Positions 49,985 to 61,595 of a stretch of 64,000 nucleotides of DNA are shown piece by piece. Position 1 is the stretch's first letter. Each line of letters starts with the position of its first letter. The position numbers and the translations under genes are program-made. The stretch lies in the NCBI GenBank assembly GCA_048571215.1, contig CP182352.1:2560001-2624000 (forward strand). Reading direction: 5' to 3'. This DNA comes from Halarcobacter sp. GTDB taxonomy: Bacteria; Campylobacterota; Campylobacteria; Campylobacterales; Arcobacteraceae. The notes below the pieces were generated by a model. The model saw nothing but the letters and a program-made list of their open reading frames with translations. It had not been told where the DNA came from and did no database searches.

Positions 49985-50656
49985 TTATATTAAAATCTTA
50001 GAAGCAACACTTATAGTTGCAGTTTCACTTCTTAATATCAAATTTGAATTAAATCCAACAACTTTAGAAGAGTTAAAACTGTCTCTTTCATTATTTGAAA
50101 ATCCACCTTCACAACCTATAACAATTGTTTGAATCTCATCTTTTTTCGACTCAATAGAAGTTTCACTAAAATCCAAAATAAAACTATCTGGATTGTTTAA
50201 AAGAAATTTTTCTAAACTCTCTTGTTTTTCTAACTTAATAATAGAACTTCTTCCACATTGTGAGGATGAGTTTAAAAGTATTTTTTCAAGTTTCTCAAAA
50301 TTTATTTTAAAATTCTTTTGGGAATAATCACAAGGTACAAAAGTGATTTTATCTACTCCAATTTCATTTAAAGAAGCAATATTTTTTTCTACAGTTTTAG
50401 GATCAACAATACACCAAACTATATGTAGCTTTTTAGCATTCTCTACTATCTTTTCACTTATCTCAATAAGTTCACAACTAGCTTTCCTTCTATCAATGCT
50501 TATAACTTTATACAAGTACAAGTTTTTGTCTACTAGATTTCTAAAATATATCTCATCATTAATTTTATGTCGTCGGGCTTTAAAAAGATAATTATAGGTT
50601 TCATTATCTATTTGTATAAATTGATTTTTGGCATCAGTATGATATGTAAATTGCAT
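49985..50656 (-). CDS. rsmE: 16S rRNA m3U1498 methyltransferase
   Basis: QCGR, IGCEGGFS, ILRSETA. Confidence 0.93.
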   Translation of the reverse strand: MQFTYHTDAKNQFIQIDNETYNYLFKARRHKINDEIYFRNLVDKNLYLYKVISIDRRKASCELIEISEKIVENAKKLHIVWCIVDPKTVEKNIASLNEIGVDKITFVPCDYSQKNFKINFEKLEKILLNSSSQCGRSSIIKLEKQESLEKFLLNNPDSFILDFSETSIESKKDEIQTIVIGCEGGFSNNERDSFNSSKVVGFNSNLILRSETATISVASKILI

Positions 50657-51060
50657 TAGAAAACTTTTGAAACAATATAAACAAAAACTAAAGTCATAAT
50701 CTCAATTGTATAAATCTTTTTAGCATAAACCATAAACTCTTCTTGCAATTTAGTATCAGAACTTTTAATAACTCTCATCTTTTTATATCTTTTTATTTCA
50801 ATTACCAGTAAAAAGATAGATGCTGCAATCATCAATATAACAGTTAAAGAAAACTCATGAGCATAAGCAGCAACAATTGCACCTGTGTATATAACAATTG
50901 CATTTGTCAAATGATATAAAGGGGTCATAAACTTCAATCTTTTTGCTAAACTTATAAAATCTTTTATACTATATACAGAATAAAAATTAAAAATCATAAT
51001 TACTAAAAAAATATATATTGTATATATATGTGTTACAACTGCACCACTCATTAAATCCAT
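50656..51060 (-). CDS. Hypothetical 4-TM membrane protein
   Basis: Real start likely MDLMSG at 51060. The longer ORF-track version is antisense to moeA. Confidence 0.75.
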   Translation of the reverse strand: MDLMSGAVVTHIYTIYIFLVIMIFNFYSVYSIKDFISLAKRLKFMTPLYHLTNAIVIYTGAIVAAYAHEFSLTVILMIAASIFLLVIEIKRYKKMRVIKSSDTKLQEEFMVYAKKIYTIEIMTLVFVYIVSKVF

Positions 51061-51130
51061 GTTAATCTCACTTTTAAAAAATTTTGGTATTATATCTAAC
51101 TTGTCATAATGTATTAGTAAAAGGAAATAT

Positions 51131-52354
51131 ATGGCCATTGAGATGATAGAGGCAATCAATATTATTTCAAATTTGCAACTAAATTTAAAATATGAAATCA
51201 TACCTATAGAGTATGCAAACGGTAGAATATCTGCACAAGAGATTAAATCAGAAATCTCTTTACCTAGATTTAATAACTCTGCAATGGATGGATTTGCTAT
51301 ATTAGAAGAAAATAAAAATGAGTTATTAACTATTGTAGATACTATATTTGCAGGGGATAATAACAATAAACTTTTAAACAATAAAGAGTGTATAAAAATA
51401 ATGACTGGTGCTAAAATACCAGATAATTGTACCGCCATAGTTCCAAAAGAAGATTGTAAGTACATTGATGAGAACACAATTAAAATAGAAAAAAATATAA
51501 AAAAATTTCAACATATTAGATATATTGGTGAAGATATAAATGCTAATGAAGTATTAATAAATATTGGTGAAGAGATAAATTTTTCAAAAATCACCCTACT
51601 TGCTAGTCAAGGGCTTTCACATATTAAAGTATATAAAAAACCCAAAATCAATGTTTTTTCTAGTGGTGAAGAGTTAAAATTACATTATCAAAAAAGTGAA
51701 AACTACCAAATCTATAACTCAAATACACCAACTTTGATAAGTAGATGTGATGAATTAGGATGTAATGTAACATTTATAGGTCAAGCAAGGGATTCTGTAG
51801 AATCAATCAAAAATTTAATTAAAAATTCACTAGATGCTGATTTGTTAATAACATCAGGTGGAGTATCAGTGGGGGATGCCGATTTTACAAAAGAGGCATT
51901 TTCACAATTAGATTTTAAAACAATCTTTGATGGAATAAAAATCAAACCAGGGAAACCAACAGTTTTTGGTAAAATAGATAATACATATATTTTAAATTTA
52001 CCAGGGAACCCCCTTGCAGCTTCACTTATTTTTGAAATCTTTGGAAAACCACTTATTCAAAAACTTCTTGGTTCAAATGAGATTTATCACAATATTATAA
52101 AAGCTAAGATGGCAGAAGATTTAAAAAATAAAAAAGGAAGAGTTACTATAATACCTGGATTCTTTGATGGGGAGTATTTCACCCCTTCACAAAAAAGAAG
52201 CCCTGGAATGGTATCAACCCTTAGTGCTTGTAATTGTATGATTATTTTAAATGAAGAGCTTGAATTATTAAAAAAAGATTCAGCTGTAAATATCTTGCCA
52301 ATCAATTGGAAATTTTTTACTAAAGAAAAAAAGGATTTTTTAACAAATGAGTAG
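51131..52354 (+). CDS. moeA: Molybdopterin molybdotransferase
   Basis: NSAMDGFA, IMTGA, SSGEE, TSGGVSVGD, KPGKP, LPGNP. Confidence 0.95.
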   Translation: MAIEMIEAINIISNLQLNLKYEIIPIEYANGRISAQEIKSEISLPRFNNSAMDGFAILEENKNELLTIVDTIFAGDNNNKLLNNKECIKIMTGAKIPDNCTAIVPKEDCKYIDENTIKIEKNIKKFQHIRYIGEDINANEVLINIGEEINFSKITLLASQGLSHIKVYKKPKINVFSSGEELKLHYQKSENYQIYNSNTPTLISRCDELGCNVTFIGQARDSVESIKNLIKNSLDADLLITSGGVSVGDADFTKEAFSQLDFKTIFDGIKIKPGKPTVFGKIDNTYILNLPGNPLAASLIFEIFGKPLIQKLLGSNEIYHNIIKAKMAEDLKNKKGRVTIIPGFFDGEYFTPSQKRSPGMVSTLSACNCMIILNEELELLKKDSAVNILPINWKFFTKEKKDFLTNE

Positions 52355-53027
52355 CACCTTAAAAAAAAGAGCAGTTTGTATTTTAAGTGGGGGTATGGAC
52401 TCAACCTTAGCCTCATATATAGCGAAAAATGATGGTTATGAGATTATTGCTGTACATTTTAACTATGGTCAAAGAACACAAAATAAAGAATTAGAAGCAT
52501 TTAGAAATATTTGTAAAGATTTGGATATAAAAGAAAAATATGAAATAGATATTCCTTTTTTCACCCAAATTGGAGCAAGTGCTTTAACTGACAATTCAAT
52601 AGATGTTCCAATCCAAGGGGTTCAACCAGGAGTTCCTATCACTTATGTTCCTTTTAGAAATGGAATTTTTATCTCTATAGCAACAGCAATTGCAGAAAAA
52701 GAGGATGCACAATGTTTATATATTGGAGTAGTTGAAGAGGATAGCAGTGGTTATCCAGATTGTACAGACACCTTTATAGATAAAATGACAGAGGCAATTA
52801 ATCAAGGTACTAAAGAAACAACAAAATTGGAGATAAAAACTCCATTAGTTCATATGATGAAAAGTGAGATTGTAACAAAATCATTGCAATTAAATGTGCC
52901 ATTAGAACACACTTGGTCTTGCTATAAAGAGGAAAAAGAAGCTTGTGGAGTTTGTGATTCATGTAGATTAAGATTAAATGGATTTAAAGAAGCAAATGCA
53001 ACTGATCCAATAACTTATAAGGGATAA
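52347..53027 (+). CDS. queC: 7-cyano-7-deazaguanine synthase
   Basis: SGGMDS, YVPFRN, YPDC, TWSCY...CGVCDSC. Confidence 0.97.
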   Translation: MSSTLKKRAVCILSGGMDSTLASYIAKNDGYEIIAVHFNYGQRTQNKELEAFRNICKDLDIKEKYEIDIPFFTQIGASALTDNSIDVPIQGVQPGVPITYVPFRNGIFISIATAIAEKEDAQCLYIGVVEEDSSGYPDCTDTFIDKMTEAINQGTKETTKLEIKTPLVHMMKSEIVTKSLQLNVPLEHTWSCYKEEKEACGVCDSCRLRLNGFKEANATDPITYKG

Positions 53028-53028
53028 A

Positions 53029-53568
53029 ATGATTTGGGAAATTTCAAAATCTTTTGATTTTTGTTATGGGCATAGAGTTTGGTCACAAGAGTTAAATAAA
53101 GAGTACTCAATCGACTCATGCTTAAAGTGTAGACATTTACATGGTCATCAAGGTAAGATTATAGTGTATCTTGAAGCAAGTAATCTTAAAAATGGCATGG
53201 TTACAGATTTCAAACATTTAAATTGGTTTAAAGCCTTTTTGGATGATGTATTAGACCATAAATTTATAATCGATTTAAATGACCCTTTATACCCTACTTT
53301 GCTACCCCATTTCAATAAAAAAGAATTGATAAAATTTGATGAAGAGTATTTTGTGCCAGATTTAACAAAACTTAAAGATGAGCCAATTCATATAAAAGAG
53401 ATGTATGAAGGATATGTATTAGTAGATTTTGTACCAACTAGTGAAAACTTATCAGCTTGGTTTTTAAATATCACTTCAAAAAAAATGAAAAATCTTGGAG
53501 TTAGAGTATCAAAAGTTGAATTTTTAGAAACACCTAAAAGTAAAAGTACAGTTTATGATTCAAATTAA
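53029..53568 (+). CDS. queD: 6-carboxytetrahydropterin synthase
   Basis: CRHLHGH, DHKF, PTSENL, ETPKS. Confidence 0.93.
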   Translation: MIWEISKSFDFCYGHRVWSQELNKEYSIDSCLKCRHLHGHQGKIIVYLEASNLKNGMVTDFKHLNWFKAFLDDVLDHKFIIDLNDPLYPTLLPHFNKKELIKFDEEYFVPDLTKLKDEPIHIKEMYEGYVLVDFVPTSENLSAWFLNITSKKMKNLGVRVSKVEFLETPKSKSTVYDSN

Positions 53569-54304
53569 TGAGATTTTTGGACCAACAATTCAAGGAGAGG
53601 GAAAACTTATAGGAACTCCTTCTATCTTTATTCGTGTTGGAAAATGCAATATGAAATGTGTAGGTTTTAATGTTGAATATGAAACCCCAAGTGGTATAAA
53701 AAACTTTTCATGTGACTCTTTCCACGCAGTTGATACAGCTTTTAAAGAGCAATGGAAAGCTATGGATTGTAAACAGATTTTGGAAGAGAGTTCTAAAATC
53801 ATGCCAAAATACAAAGTAGATATTGTAATAACAGGTGGTGAACCCCTACTTTATTGGAAAGATGAAGAGTTTCAAAAACTTTTAAAATATTTTGTAGAAA
53901 ATAATTACAAGGTGACAATTGAAACAAATGCTTCATTAAATATAGAGTTTGAATACCCATACCAAAAAGAGCTTCTTTTTTCAATGAGTGTAAAACTATC
54001 AAACTCTTTAGAACCTTTAAAAAAAAGGGTAAATATACCTACCTTAACAAAAATTTTAAAGAATACAAAAGATTCGTATCTAAAATTTGTAATAGATAAG
54101 CAGTTTTTACAAAAAGCCAGTGAGGAGATAAATTTCCTTCTTACACAAATACCTAAAGTGGAAGTTTATTTAATGCCAATGGGAGATACAGCTAAACAAA
54201 TAAGTGAAAATAGTGAAGCTGTTATTGCTATGGCTATTGAGTATGGATTTAAATATTGTGACAGACTTCATATTAGAGTTTGGGACAATAAAAGAGGTGT
54301 TTAG
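53555..54304 (+). CDS. queE: 7-carboxy-7-deazaguanine synthase
   Basis: TIQGEG, CNMKC, ITGGEP, ETN, RLH. Lies in the queCD operon. Confidence 0.92.
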   Translation: MIQINEIFGPTIQGEGKLIGTPSIFIRVGKCNMKCVGFNVEYETPSGIKNFSCDSFHAVDTAFKEQWKAMDCKQILEESSKIMPKYKVDIVITGGEPLLYWKDEEFQKLLKYFVENNYKVTIETNASLNIEFEYPYQKELLFSMSVKLSNSLEPLKKRVNIPTLTKILKNTKDSYLKFVIDKQFLQKASEEINFLLTQIPKVEVYLMPMGDTAKQISENSEAVIAMAIEYGFKYCDRLHIRVWDNKRGV

Positions 54305-54412
54305 ATATAATATGCCCTCAATAAAACTATCTTAATAGAGAATTTATTTCTCTAATTGAAAGTAGTAATACAATATGGTACCTTATTTTAGGGACTAATT
54401 TAAAGGATTATA

Positions 54413-55156
54413 ATGAAATTTAGTGGTACAAATGTACTTGTAACAGGTGCAAGTAGAGGTATTGGAGCTGAGATTGCTAAAACATTAGCGAGTTTTGGAT
54501 TAAAAGTTTGGATAAATTATAGAAGTGGAGTTGAAGCAGCAGAAGCTGTAAAAGCAGAGATTGAATCTACTGGTGGGAAAGCTGCCGTTATAAAAGCAGA
54601 TGTTACAAAAGAGGATGAGTTTAATGCAGTAATAAAAACTATAATTGATGCTGATGGAGAACTATCATACTTAGTAAACAATGCAGGAATAACAAAAGAT
54701 AAACTTGCACTTAGAATGTCAGTTGAAGATTTTACAGATGTAATTACAGCAAATTTAACTTCAGCTTTTATTGGTTGTAAGGGTGCTTTAAAAGCTATGG
54801 GTAAAAAAAGATTTGGATCTATTGTAAATATCTCATCAATTGTTGGAGAGATGGGAAACCCTGGTCAAACTAACTACAGTGCATCAAAGGGTGGTTTAAA
54901 TGCTATGACTAAATCTTTTGCAAAAGAAGCAGCTGCAAGAGGGATTAGATATAATGCAATTACACCAGGATTTATCCAAACTAATATGACAGATGAGTTA
55001 AAAGATGAAGTAAAAGCAGAATATGAAAAAAATATTCCCCTTAATAGATTTGGTCAGCCTAAAGAGGTTGCAGAGGCGGTTGCCTTCCTTTTAAGTGATC
55101 ATTCATCATATATTACAGGTGAAATTTTGAAAGTAAATGGTGGATTATACGTTTAA
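54413..55156 (+). CDS. fabG: 3-oxoacyl-ACP reductase
   Basis: TGASRGIG, NNAGIT, YSASK. Upstream of acpP. Confidence 0.96.
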   Translation: MKFSGTNVLVTGASRGIGAEIAKTLASFGLKVWINYRSGVEAAEAVKAEIESTGGKAAVIKADVTKEDEFNAVIKTIIDADGELSYLVNNAGITKDKLALRMSVEDFTDVITANLTSAFIGCKGALKAMGKKRFGSIVNISSIVGEMGNPGQTNYSASKGGLNAMTKSFAKEAAARGIRYNAITPGFIQTNMTDELKDEVKAEYEKNIPLNRFGQPKEVAEAVAFLLSDHSSYITGEILKVNGGLYV

Positions 55157-55219
55157 AAAAGTTTAATTAAATTTTTAATTTGTTATAATTTGGCGATAAA
55201 TTTATTAAAGGAAATGAAT

Positions 55220-55450
55220 ATGGCATTATTTGATGATGTAAAAGAAGTAGTAGTTGAGCAATTAGATTGCGATCCAGCTGAAGTTAAAGAGGATTCTAAA
55301 TTCATTGAGGATTTAGGTGCAGATTCTTTAGATGTTGTTGAATTAGTTATGGCATTAGAAGAGAAATTTGATATCGAAATTCCAGATGAAGATGCTGAGG
55401 GTATTTTAACTGTAGCGGATGCTATTAAATACATCGAAGATAACGCGTAA
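55220..55450 (+). CDS. acpP: Acyl carrier protein
   Basis: DLGADSLD. Start MALF at 55220 after an AAGGA SD. Confidence 0.97.
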   Translation: MALFDDVKEVVVEQLDCDPAEVKEDSKFIEDLGADSLDVVELVMALEEKFDIEIPDEDAEGILTVADAIKYIEDNA

Positions 55451-55469
55451 TTTCTACGCTTAACTAAAG

Positions 55470-55502
55470 AAAAGTCAGTATTTAATTATACTGACTTTTT
55501 TT
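55470..55502 (+). terminator. Intrinsic terminator after acpP
   Basis: AAAAGTCAGTAT...ATACTGACTTTT followed by a T-run. Confidence 0.8.
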
Positions 55503-55575
55503 AGTATTTGGATTATTGAGTTTTTGATAAAAAATTGAATTATCTAAATATACTATATAATGTGGAGCATTTTTA

Positions 55576-56835
55576 ATGAGAAGAGTTGTAATTACAGGTC
55601 TAGGTACAATAAATTCAGTTGGACATAGCGTTGAAGAATCTTTTAAAGCAGTTGTTGCAGGAGAATGTGGAATTGATAAAATAACACTTTTTGATGCAAG
55701 TGCTTATTCTGTACAAATTGCAGGAGAAGTAAAAAATTTTGACCCAACTACTGTTATGGATAAAAAAGAGGTAAAAAAAGCAGATAGATTTATTCAACTT
55801 GGTATTAAAGCAGCAAATGAAGCAATGGTTGATGCAGGATTTATAGATGCAGAAAATAAAAGAGTAGATGATTCAATCTCTGAAAGATTTGGACTTATCT
55901 CAGCTTCAGGTATTGGTGGATTATCAACTATTGAAAAAAACTCTATAGTATGTGAGAATAGAGGTCCTAAAAGAATCTCTCCATTCTTTATCCCATCTTC
56001 ATTAGTTAATATGTTAGGTGGTTTTATCTCAATTGAACACGGATTAAAAGGTCCAGGAATATCACATGTAACTGCATGTGCCGCTTCAACTCATGCTTTA
56101 GCTGATGCTGTTAAAACTATCAAGTTAAATGGTGCAGATAAAGTATTAGTAGTTGGTGCAGAAAGTGCTATTTGTGGTGCTGGTGTTGGTGGATTTGCTG
56201 CAATGAAAGCCCTATCTACTAGAAATGATGATCCTAAAACTGCTTCAAGACCATTTGATAAAGATAGAGATGGTTTTGTAATGGGTGAAGGTGCAGGTGC
56301 ACTTGTACTTGAAGATTTAGATGATGCTCTTGCAAGAGGGGCTAAAATATATTGTGAGGTTATTGGTTTTGGTGAAAGTGCAGATGCAAATCATATCACT
56401 GCACCTGTAATGGATGGTCCACTAAGAGCTATGAAAGCAGCCTTAGCAATGGCAAAAGCAACTTTAGGTGAAGAGCCAAAAATTGATTATATCAATACTC
56501 ATGGTACATCAACACCAGTTGGAGATCTAAATGAATCAAAAGCAATTGTAGAGTTATTTGATGGGGAACAAAACTGTCCTCCTGTTACTTCAACTAAGGG
56601 ACAAGTTGGTCACTGTTTAGGAGCTGCTGGAGCTATTGAAGCAGTTTTTGCAATCAAATCATTAAATGAAGGAATAATTCCTCCAACTATAAATATAGAA
56701 AATCAAGATGAAGAGTGTACACTTGACTATGTTCCAGGTACAGCAAGAGAAGCAGAGCTTGAAACTGTTATGAGTAATAACTTTGGTTTTGGTGGAACAA
56801 ATGCTTCAATAATATTTAAAAAATACAAAGCTTAA
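55576..56835 (+). CDS. fabF: Beta-ketoacyl-ACP synthase II
   Basis: TACAAS, HGTST, GHCLGAAG, NNFGFGG. Confidence 0.97.
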   Translation: MRRVVITGLGTINSVGHSVEESFKAVVAGECGIDKITLFDASAYSVQIAGEVKNFDPTTVMDKKEVKKADRFIQLGIKAANEAMVDAGFIDAENKRVDDSISERFGLISASGIGGLSTIEKNSIVCENRGPKRISPFFIPSSLVNMLGGFISIEHGLKGPGISHVTACAASTHALADAVKTIKLNGADKVLVVGAESAICGAGVGGFAAMKALSTRNDDPKTASRPFDKDRDGFVMGEGAGALVLEDLDDALARGAKIYCEVIGFGESADANHITAPVMDGPLRAMKAALAMAKATLGEEPKIDYINTHGTSTPVGDLNESKAIVELFDGEQNCPPVTSTKGQVGHCLGAAGAIEAVFAIKSLNEGIIPPTINIENQDEECTLDYVPGTAREAELETVMSNNFGFGGTNASIIFKKYKA

Positions 56836-56872
56836 TACAGAGTAAAAACTCTATAGAAGAAGGAAAATAAAT

Positions 56873-57817
56873 TTGGCAACTTACTTAGATTTTGAAGATA
56901 AAATTAAAAAACTAGAAGATGATATCATAGTTGCAAAAACAAAAAATGACGAACCTGCTGTTAATATATTAGAAAAAAAATTAGAAAAAGAGGTTGAGAA
57001 AACATTTAAAAACTTAAATGATTATCAAAAACTTCAATTGGCAAGACACCCAGATAGACCATATGCCTTGGATTATATAAGAGGTTTATTAACAAATGCT
57101 TATGAGATACATGGTGATAGACACTATGTTGATGATCATGCTATAGTATGTTATATAGGTTATATTGGGCAAGAAAAAGTAATGGTGATTGGGGAACAAA
57201 AAGGTCGAGGTACTAAAAATAAACTAAAAAGAAATTTTGGTATGCCAAGTCCTGAAGGTTATAGAAAAGCTTTAAGAGCAGCCCAATTAGCTGAAAAGTT
57301 TAATATACCAATTTTGATGTTAGTAGACACCCCAGGTGCATATCCTGGAATTGGTGCGGAAGAGAGAAATCAAAGTGAAGCAATAGCTAGAAATCTTTAT
57401 GAATTTTCAAATTTAACGACACCAACAATTTCAGTTGTAATTGGAGAAGGGGGTTCAGGCGGGGCCTTAGCTATCTCTGTTGCAGATAAATTGGCAATGA
57501 TGAGATACTCTGTATATGCAGTTATATCTCCTGAGGGTTGTAGTGCTATTTTATGGAACGATCCAGCAAAAGTTGAAACTGCTGCAAATGCACTTAAAAT
57601 AACAGCAGATGCACTAAAAGATTTAAACTTAGTTGATGATGTTGTAAATGAACCATTAATTGGAGCTCATAGAGATAAAGAAGAAGCTATCAAAGCTTTG
57701 GGGGATTATTTTTTAACTACTTTAGAGCAATTAAAGCAACTAACACCTGCACAAAGATACCAAATGAAATACGAAAAACTTATGAATTTAGGTAAATTTC
57801 AGGATGACAATAAATAG
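56873..57817 (+). CDS. accA: Acetyl-CoA carboxylase carboxyltransferase alpha
   Basis: [30 protein letters not shown]. Confidence 0.98.
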   Translation: MATYLDFEDKIKKLEDDIIVAKTKNDEPAVNILEKKLEKEVEKTFKNLNDYQKLQLARHPDRPYALDYIRGLLTNAYEIHGDRHYVDDHAIVCYIGYIGQEKVMVIGEQKGRGTKNKLKRNFGMPSPEGYRKALRAAQLAEKFNIPILMLVDTPGAYPGIGAEERNQSEAIARNLYEFSNLTTPTISVVIGEGGSGGALAISVADKLAMMRYSVYAVISPEGCSAILWNDPAKVETAANALKITADALKDLNLVDDVVNEPLIGAHRDKEEAIKALGDYFLTTLEQLKQLTPAQRYQMKYEKLMNLGKFQDDNK

Positions 57818-57837
57818 TAAGTTGTAAAACAACTTAC

Positions 57838-58173
57838 TTATCTAACTAATTTTCCCACAGGTTCTCCACCTAGTAAATGAAAATGTAAATGGTGTACTTC
57901 TTGTCCACCTTCATCTCCAATATTTGTAATCAACCTGTAACCACTTTGTTTTACACCAACTTTTGATGCCACCTTTTGTATAAACTCTGTCATACTAGAC
58001 ATAACTTTTGGAGGCATAACATCAAATGAATCGTAGTGAACCTTAGGTATTATTAAAACATGAATCTTTCTTGCTGGATTGATATCATTAAAAGCTAAAA
58101 AATTTTCATCTTCTAAAACGGTTTGATTTGGTATCTCACCATTTACAATTTTACAGAATATACACATATTCAC
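57838..58173 (-). CDS. HIT-family nucleotide-binding protein
   Basis: CIFCKI, HHLHFHL. Confidence 0.93.
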   Translation of the reverse strand: MNMCIFCKIVNGEIPNQTVLEDENFLAFNDINPARKIHVLIIPKVHYDSFDVMPPKVMSSMTEFIQKVASKVGVKQSGYRLITNIGDEGGQEVHHLHFHLLGGEPVGKLVR

Positions 58174-58271
58174 ACCTTGTATTTAATTTAAAAATATTAT
58201 AACCAAACTCTAATAAAATTTTAAGTACAATAGCTACCTTTTAGAAAATAAAATATTGGGAGAATTATAAA

Positions 58272-59264
58272 GTGAAAGAGTGGCTTGATAAAATAAATAA
58301 TGCTGATTCACTTGAAGTTTTAGAGAATTTGAGAGTAGATACATTAGGTAAGAAAGGTGTTATTACATCAGAATTTGCAAAGATGAAATCTATTCCAAGT
58401 GAAGAAAAAAAAGCTTTTGCAGCAAACTTAAATAAACAAAAAGCAGAAATAACAAGTGCAATTGAAGAGAAAAGAGAAGTTTTAGAAAAAGAGGAACTTG
58501 AAAGAAAATTAATAGATGATAAGATAGATGTAACTAAATTCAACAATAATTTATCAAGTGCAGCTTTTCACCCAGTTTCTTTTACAATGGATAAGGTAAT
58601 TACATATTTCCAAAATCTAAATTTTGCAGTTGAAGAGGGACCTTTAGTAGAAGATGATTTTCATAATTTTGAAGCATTAAACCTTCCTAAATTTCACCCT
58701 GCAAGAGATATGCAAGATACATTCTATAATAAAGATTATACATTATTACGAACACATACCTCTCCTGTGCAAATAAGAACTATGTTAAGACAAAAAACTC
58801 CAATAAGAATGATCGCACCAGGAACTGTGTTTAGAAGAGATTATGATTTAACCCATACTCCAATGTTCCATCAAATCGAAGGATTAGTAGTAGACAGTTT
58901 TGATAAAATTTCCTTTGCAAACTTAAAGCATGTAATGGAAGAGTTTTTAAAACATGTATTTGGCGATGTTGAAGTTAGATTTAGACCTTCATTTTTCCCA
59001 TTTACAGAACCATCAGCAGAAGTTGATATCTCATGTGTATTTTGTAAAGGTGAGGGTTGTCGTGTTTGTTCACATACTGGTTGGATAGAGATTCTTGGTT
59101 GTGGAATAGTAGATCAAAATGTATTTAAAGCAGTTGGATATGAAGATGCATCTGGTTATGCCTTTGGAATGGGTATAGAAAGAATTGCCATGTTATTACA
59201 TGATATTGGAGATTTAAGATCTCTATTTGAAAGTGATTTAAGATTATTAGGACAGTTTAAATGA
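58272..59264 (+). CDS. pheS: Phenylalanine-tRNA ligase alpha
   Basis: [26 protein letters not shown]. Confidence 0.98.
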   Translation: MKEWLDKINNADSLEVLENLRVDTLGKKGVITSEFAKMKSIPSEEKKAFAANLNKQKAEITSAIEEKREVLEKEELERKLIDDKIDVTKFNNNLSSAAFHPVSFTMDKVITYFQNLNFAVEEGPLVEDDFHNFEALNLPKFHPARDMQDTFYNKDYTLLRTHTSPVQIRTMLRQKTPIRMIAPGTVFRRDYDLTHTPMFHQIEGLVVDSFDKISFANLKHVMEEFLKHVFGDVEVRFRPSFFPFTEPSAEVDISCVFCKGEGCRVCSHTGWIEILGCGIVDQNVFKAVGYEDASGYAFGMGIERIAMLLHDIGDLRSLFESDLRLLGQFK

Positions 59265-61585
59265 TAGTTACAAGATCGTGGTTACAAGAGTATATTGATA
59301 TTTCAGATATCACAACAGATGATATTTGCAAAACTTTAAACTCTATTGGATTAGAAGTTGATAGTTTACAAAAAATAAGAATCCCATCAAAAGTTGTTGT
59401 AGGAAAAGTTTTAGAAAAAGTAAAACATCCTGATGCAGATAAATTAAATATTTGTCAAGTTGATATTGGGTCTGAAACTGTACAAATAGTTTGTGGAGCA
59501 AAAAATGTTGATGCGGGACAATTTGTACCAGTTGCAACTGTTGGTTGTCAATTAAGTAAAGATTTTAAAATCAAAAAAGCAAAACTAAGAGGTGCAGATT
59601 CAAATGGAATGATTTGTTCCACAACTGAGATTGGTTTGGCTAAACTAAATGATGGGATTTTAGAATTAGATGATTCTATTGGTAAATTAGTTATTGGTAA
59701 AGAGCTAAGTGAATACCCATTATTAAATGATGATATTATTGAGATTGAGCTTACTGCTAATAGAGGTGATTGTCTTAGTATTTATGGTATTGCAAGGGAA
59801 ATTTCTGCTTTTTATAATAAACCCTTAATTGAAAAAGAAAAAATAATTGAAACAAACGATTTAGGTATTGGTCAAGTATTAGAGGTGGAAAGCTCAAATA
59901 ACCTTGATAGCAGATTTATCTATATTGTTGCAAACTTAGAAGAGTATAAGCAGCCAATTATCCAAAAATTAAGAGTAGCTATTTTAGAAAAATACTCAGC
60001 ATGTGAAATAGAAGATACTTTAACTTATATAACTCATACATGTGGTGTTATTTTAAATGCATATGCAAAAAAAGATGCAAAAGTTGTTAATAATCTTGCA
60101 ACAATCTATATTGAAAAAGACCCACAAGGTTTTGATGAAGTAAAAGGAAATATGCACTTAAGTACCATGTGCATAGAACATCAAAAAGTAGAAGATGACA
60201 AAGAGAATGAATATATTATTGAAGCAAGTTATATCAATCCTGAAATCTTATCTAAAAAAGTTTTTGAAACAAAAAGAAAAACAGGAGATATTTATTATAA
60301 AAGTTCAAGGGGAAGTGAACCTGAAATTGAACTTGGAATAGAATGTTTCTGTACTTTAGTTTCACAATATGGAGCAAAAATCTATAATGGAATTGAAGCT
60401 TATGCTGATCATGCTGAAAAGTCTGTAATTGATGTAAATGTAGATAAAGTAAACTCTATAATTGGTCAAAAAATAGAAAAAGCAACCATTGAAAAAATAT
60501 TAAGCTCATTAGGTTTTGAGGTTAAAGATGGAGTTAATGGACTTTTATCAGTACAAATTCCACTTTTTAGACATGATATAAAAAATATTGCTGATATAAC
60601 AGAAGAGATTGTAAGAATAATTGGTATTGATAATATTCAATCTAAACCTTTAGAAATTGATGAAGTAAATAGAGTAAATAATACTTCAATTAACCTAATC
60701 AAGAAAAACAATTTAAGAAATAAAGCAGTAGCAAATGGTTTTTATGAAACTTTAACTTATGTTTTTGCAGATAAAGAGAAACTACAAAAATACTCTTTAC
60801 CTACAGTACAAGAGTCTCTTGATATTTTAAATCCTATTATTAAAGAATTAGATACTTTTAGAACAACTATCACTTTAAACCTAATAGAAGCTTGCTCAAG
60901 TAATATGAAATTGGGATTTAAATCAACTTCATTTTTTGAAATTGGCAAAATATTTAATACTAAAAGGGAAGAAAAAACTGTTTTATCTTTAATCTTTTCA
61001 GGGGTAAAAGAGATTGAATCAGTTGAAAATGCAGGTAAGCCTGAAAATATTGATTTTTTTGGATTCTCAAAAAAAGTTTTAAATATAATTGGTAAATTTG
61101 ATTTAGAGCCAATGAAAAAAATACCAAATGGTTTATTTCATCCCTATCAAAATGCCTCAATAATTGTTGATGGTAAAACCATAGGATATATTTCAAAACT
61201 TCACCCAAGTGTTGCTAGTGATTATGATTTAAGTGATACTTTTTTTGCTGAGATTGAGTTTGATAAAATTAAAAATGATTTAATCAAAACTAAACCTTAC
61301 TCTAAATTTCAGTCATCAAGAAAAGATTTAAGTATCATAGTTCCAAAAGACTTAGAATTTAAAGAGATTAAAAAAGTGATATATTCTCTTGAAGATAAAA
61401 ATATCAAACAATTTAATTTAATAGATATCTATAGTGATGAAAAACTAGAAGATAAAGAGAGTTTAACTATTAGATTTATCTTACAAAATGATACTAAAAC
61501 ATTAGAAGAAGAAGATATTACATCAACAATGACTAAAATTCTAGAAAATTTAAATTCAAAACTAGGTTTAGAGCTTAGAGTTTAA
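59261..61585 (+). CDS. pheT: Phenylalanine-tRNA ligase beta
   Basis: [23 protein letters not shown]-terminal FDX-ACB domain. Confidence 0.97.
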   Translation: MIVTRSWLQEYIDISDITTDDICKTLNSIGLEVDSLQKIRIPSKVVVGKVLEKVKHPDADKLNICQVDIGSETVQIVCGAKNVDAGQFVPVATVGCQLSKDFKIKKAKLRGADSNGMICSTTEIGLAKLNDGILELDDSIGKLVIGKELSEYPLLNDDIIEIELTANRGDCLSIYGIAREISAFYNKPLIEKEKIIETNDLGIGQVLEVESSNNLDSRFIYIVANLEEYKQPIIQKLRVAILEKYSACEIEDTLTYITHTCGVILNAYAKKDAKVVNNLATIYIEKDPQGFDEVKGNMHLSTMCIEHQKVEDDKENEYIIEASYINPEILSKKVFETKRKTGDIYYKSSRGSEPEIELGIECFCTLVSQYGAKIYNGIEAYADHAEKSVIDVNVDKVNSIIGQKIEKATIEKILSSLGFEVKDGVNGLLSVQIPLFRHDIKNIADITEEIVRIIGIDNIQSKPLEIDEVNRVNNTSINLIKKNNLRNKAVANGFYETLTYVFADKEKLQKYSLPTVQESLDILNPIIKELDTFRTTITLNLIEACSSNMKLGFKSTSFFEIGKIFNTKREEKTVLSLIFSGVKEIESVENAGKPENIDFFGFSKKVLNIIGKFDLEPMKKIPNGLFHPYQNASIIVDGKTIGYISKLHPSVASDYDLSDTFFAEIEFDKIKNDLIKTKPYSKFQSSRKDLSIIVPKDLEFKEIKKVIYSLEDKNIKQFNLIDIYSDEKLEDKESLTIRFILQNDTKTLEEEDITSTMTKILENLNSKLGLELRV

Positions 61586-61595
61586 AAGGAAAAAA

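Noticed and set aside
51061..51477. N-terminal extension of the 273-aa ORF 50656-51477
   Set aside because: It is antisense to moeA. The membrane protein plausibly starts at 51060.
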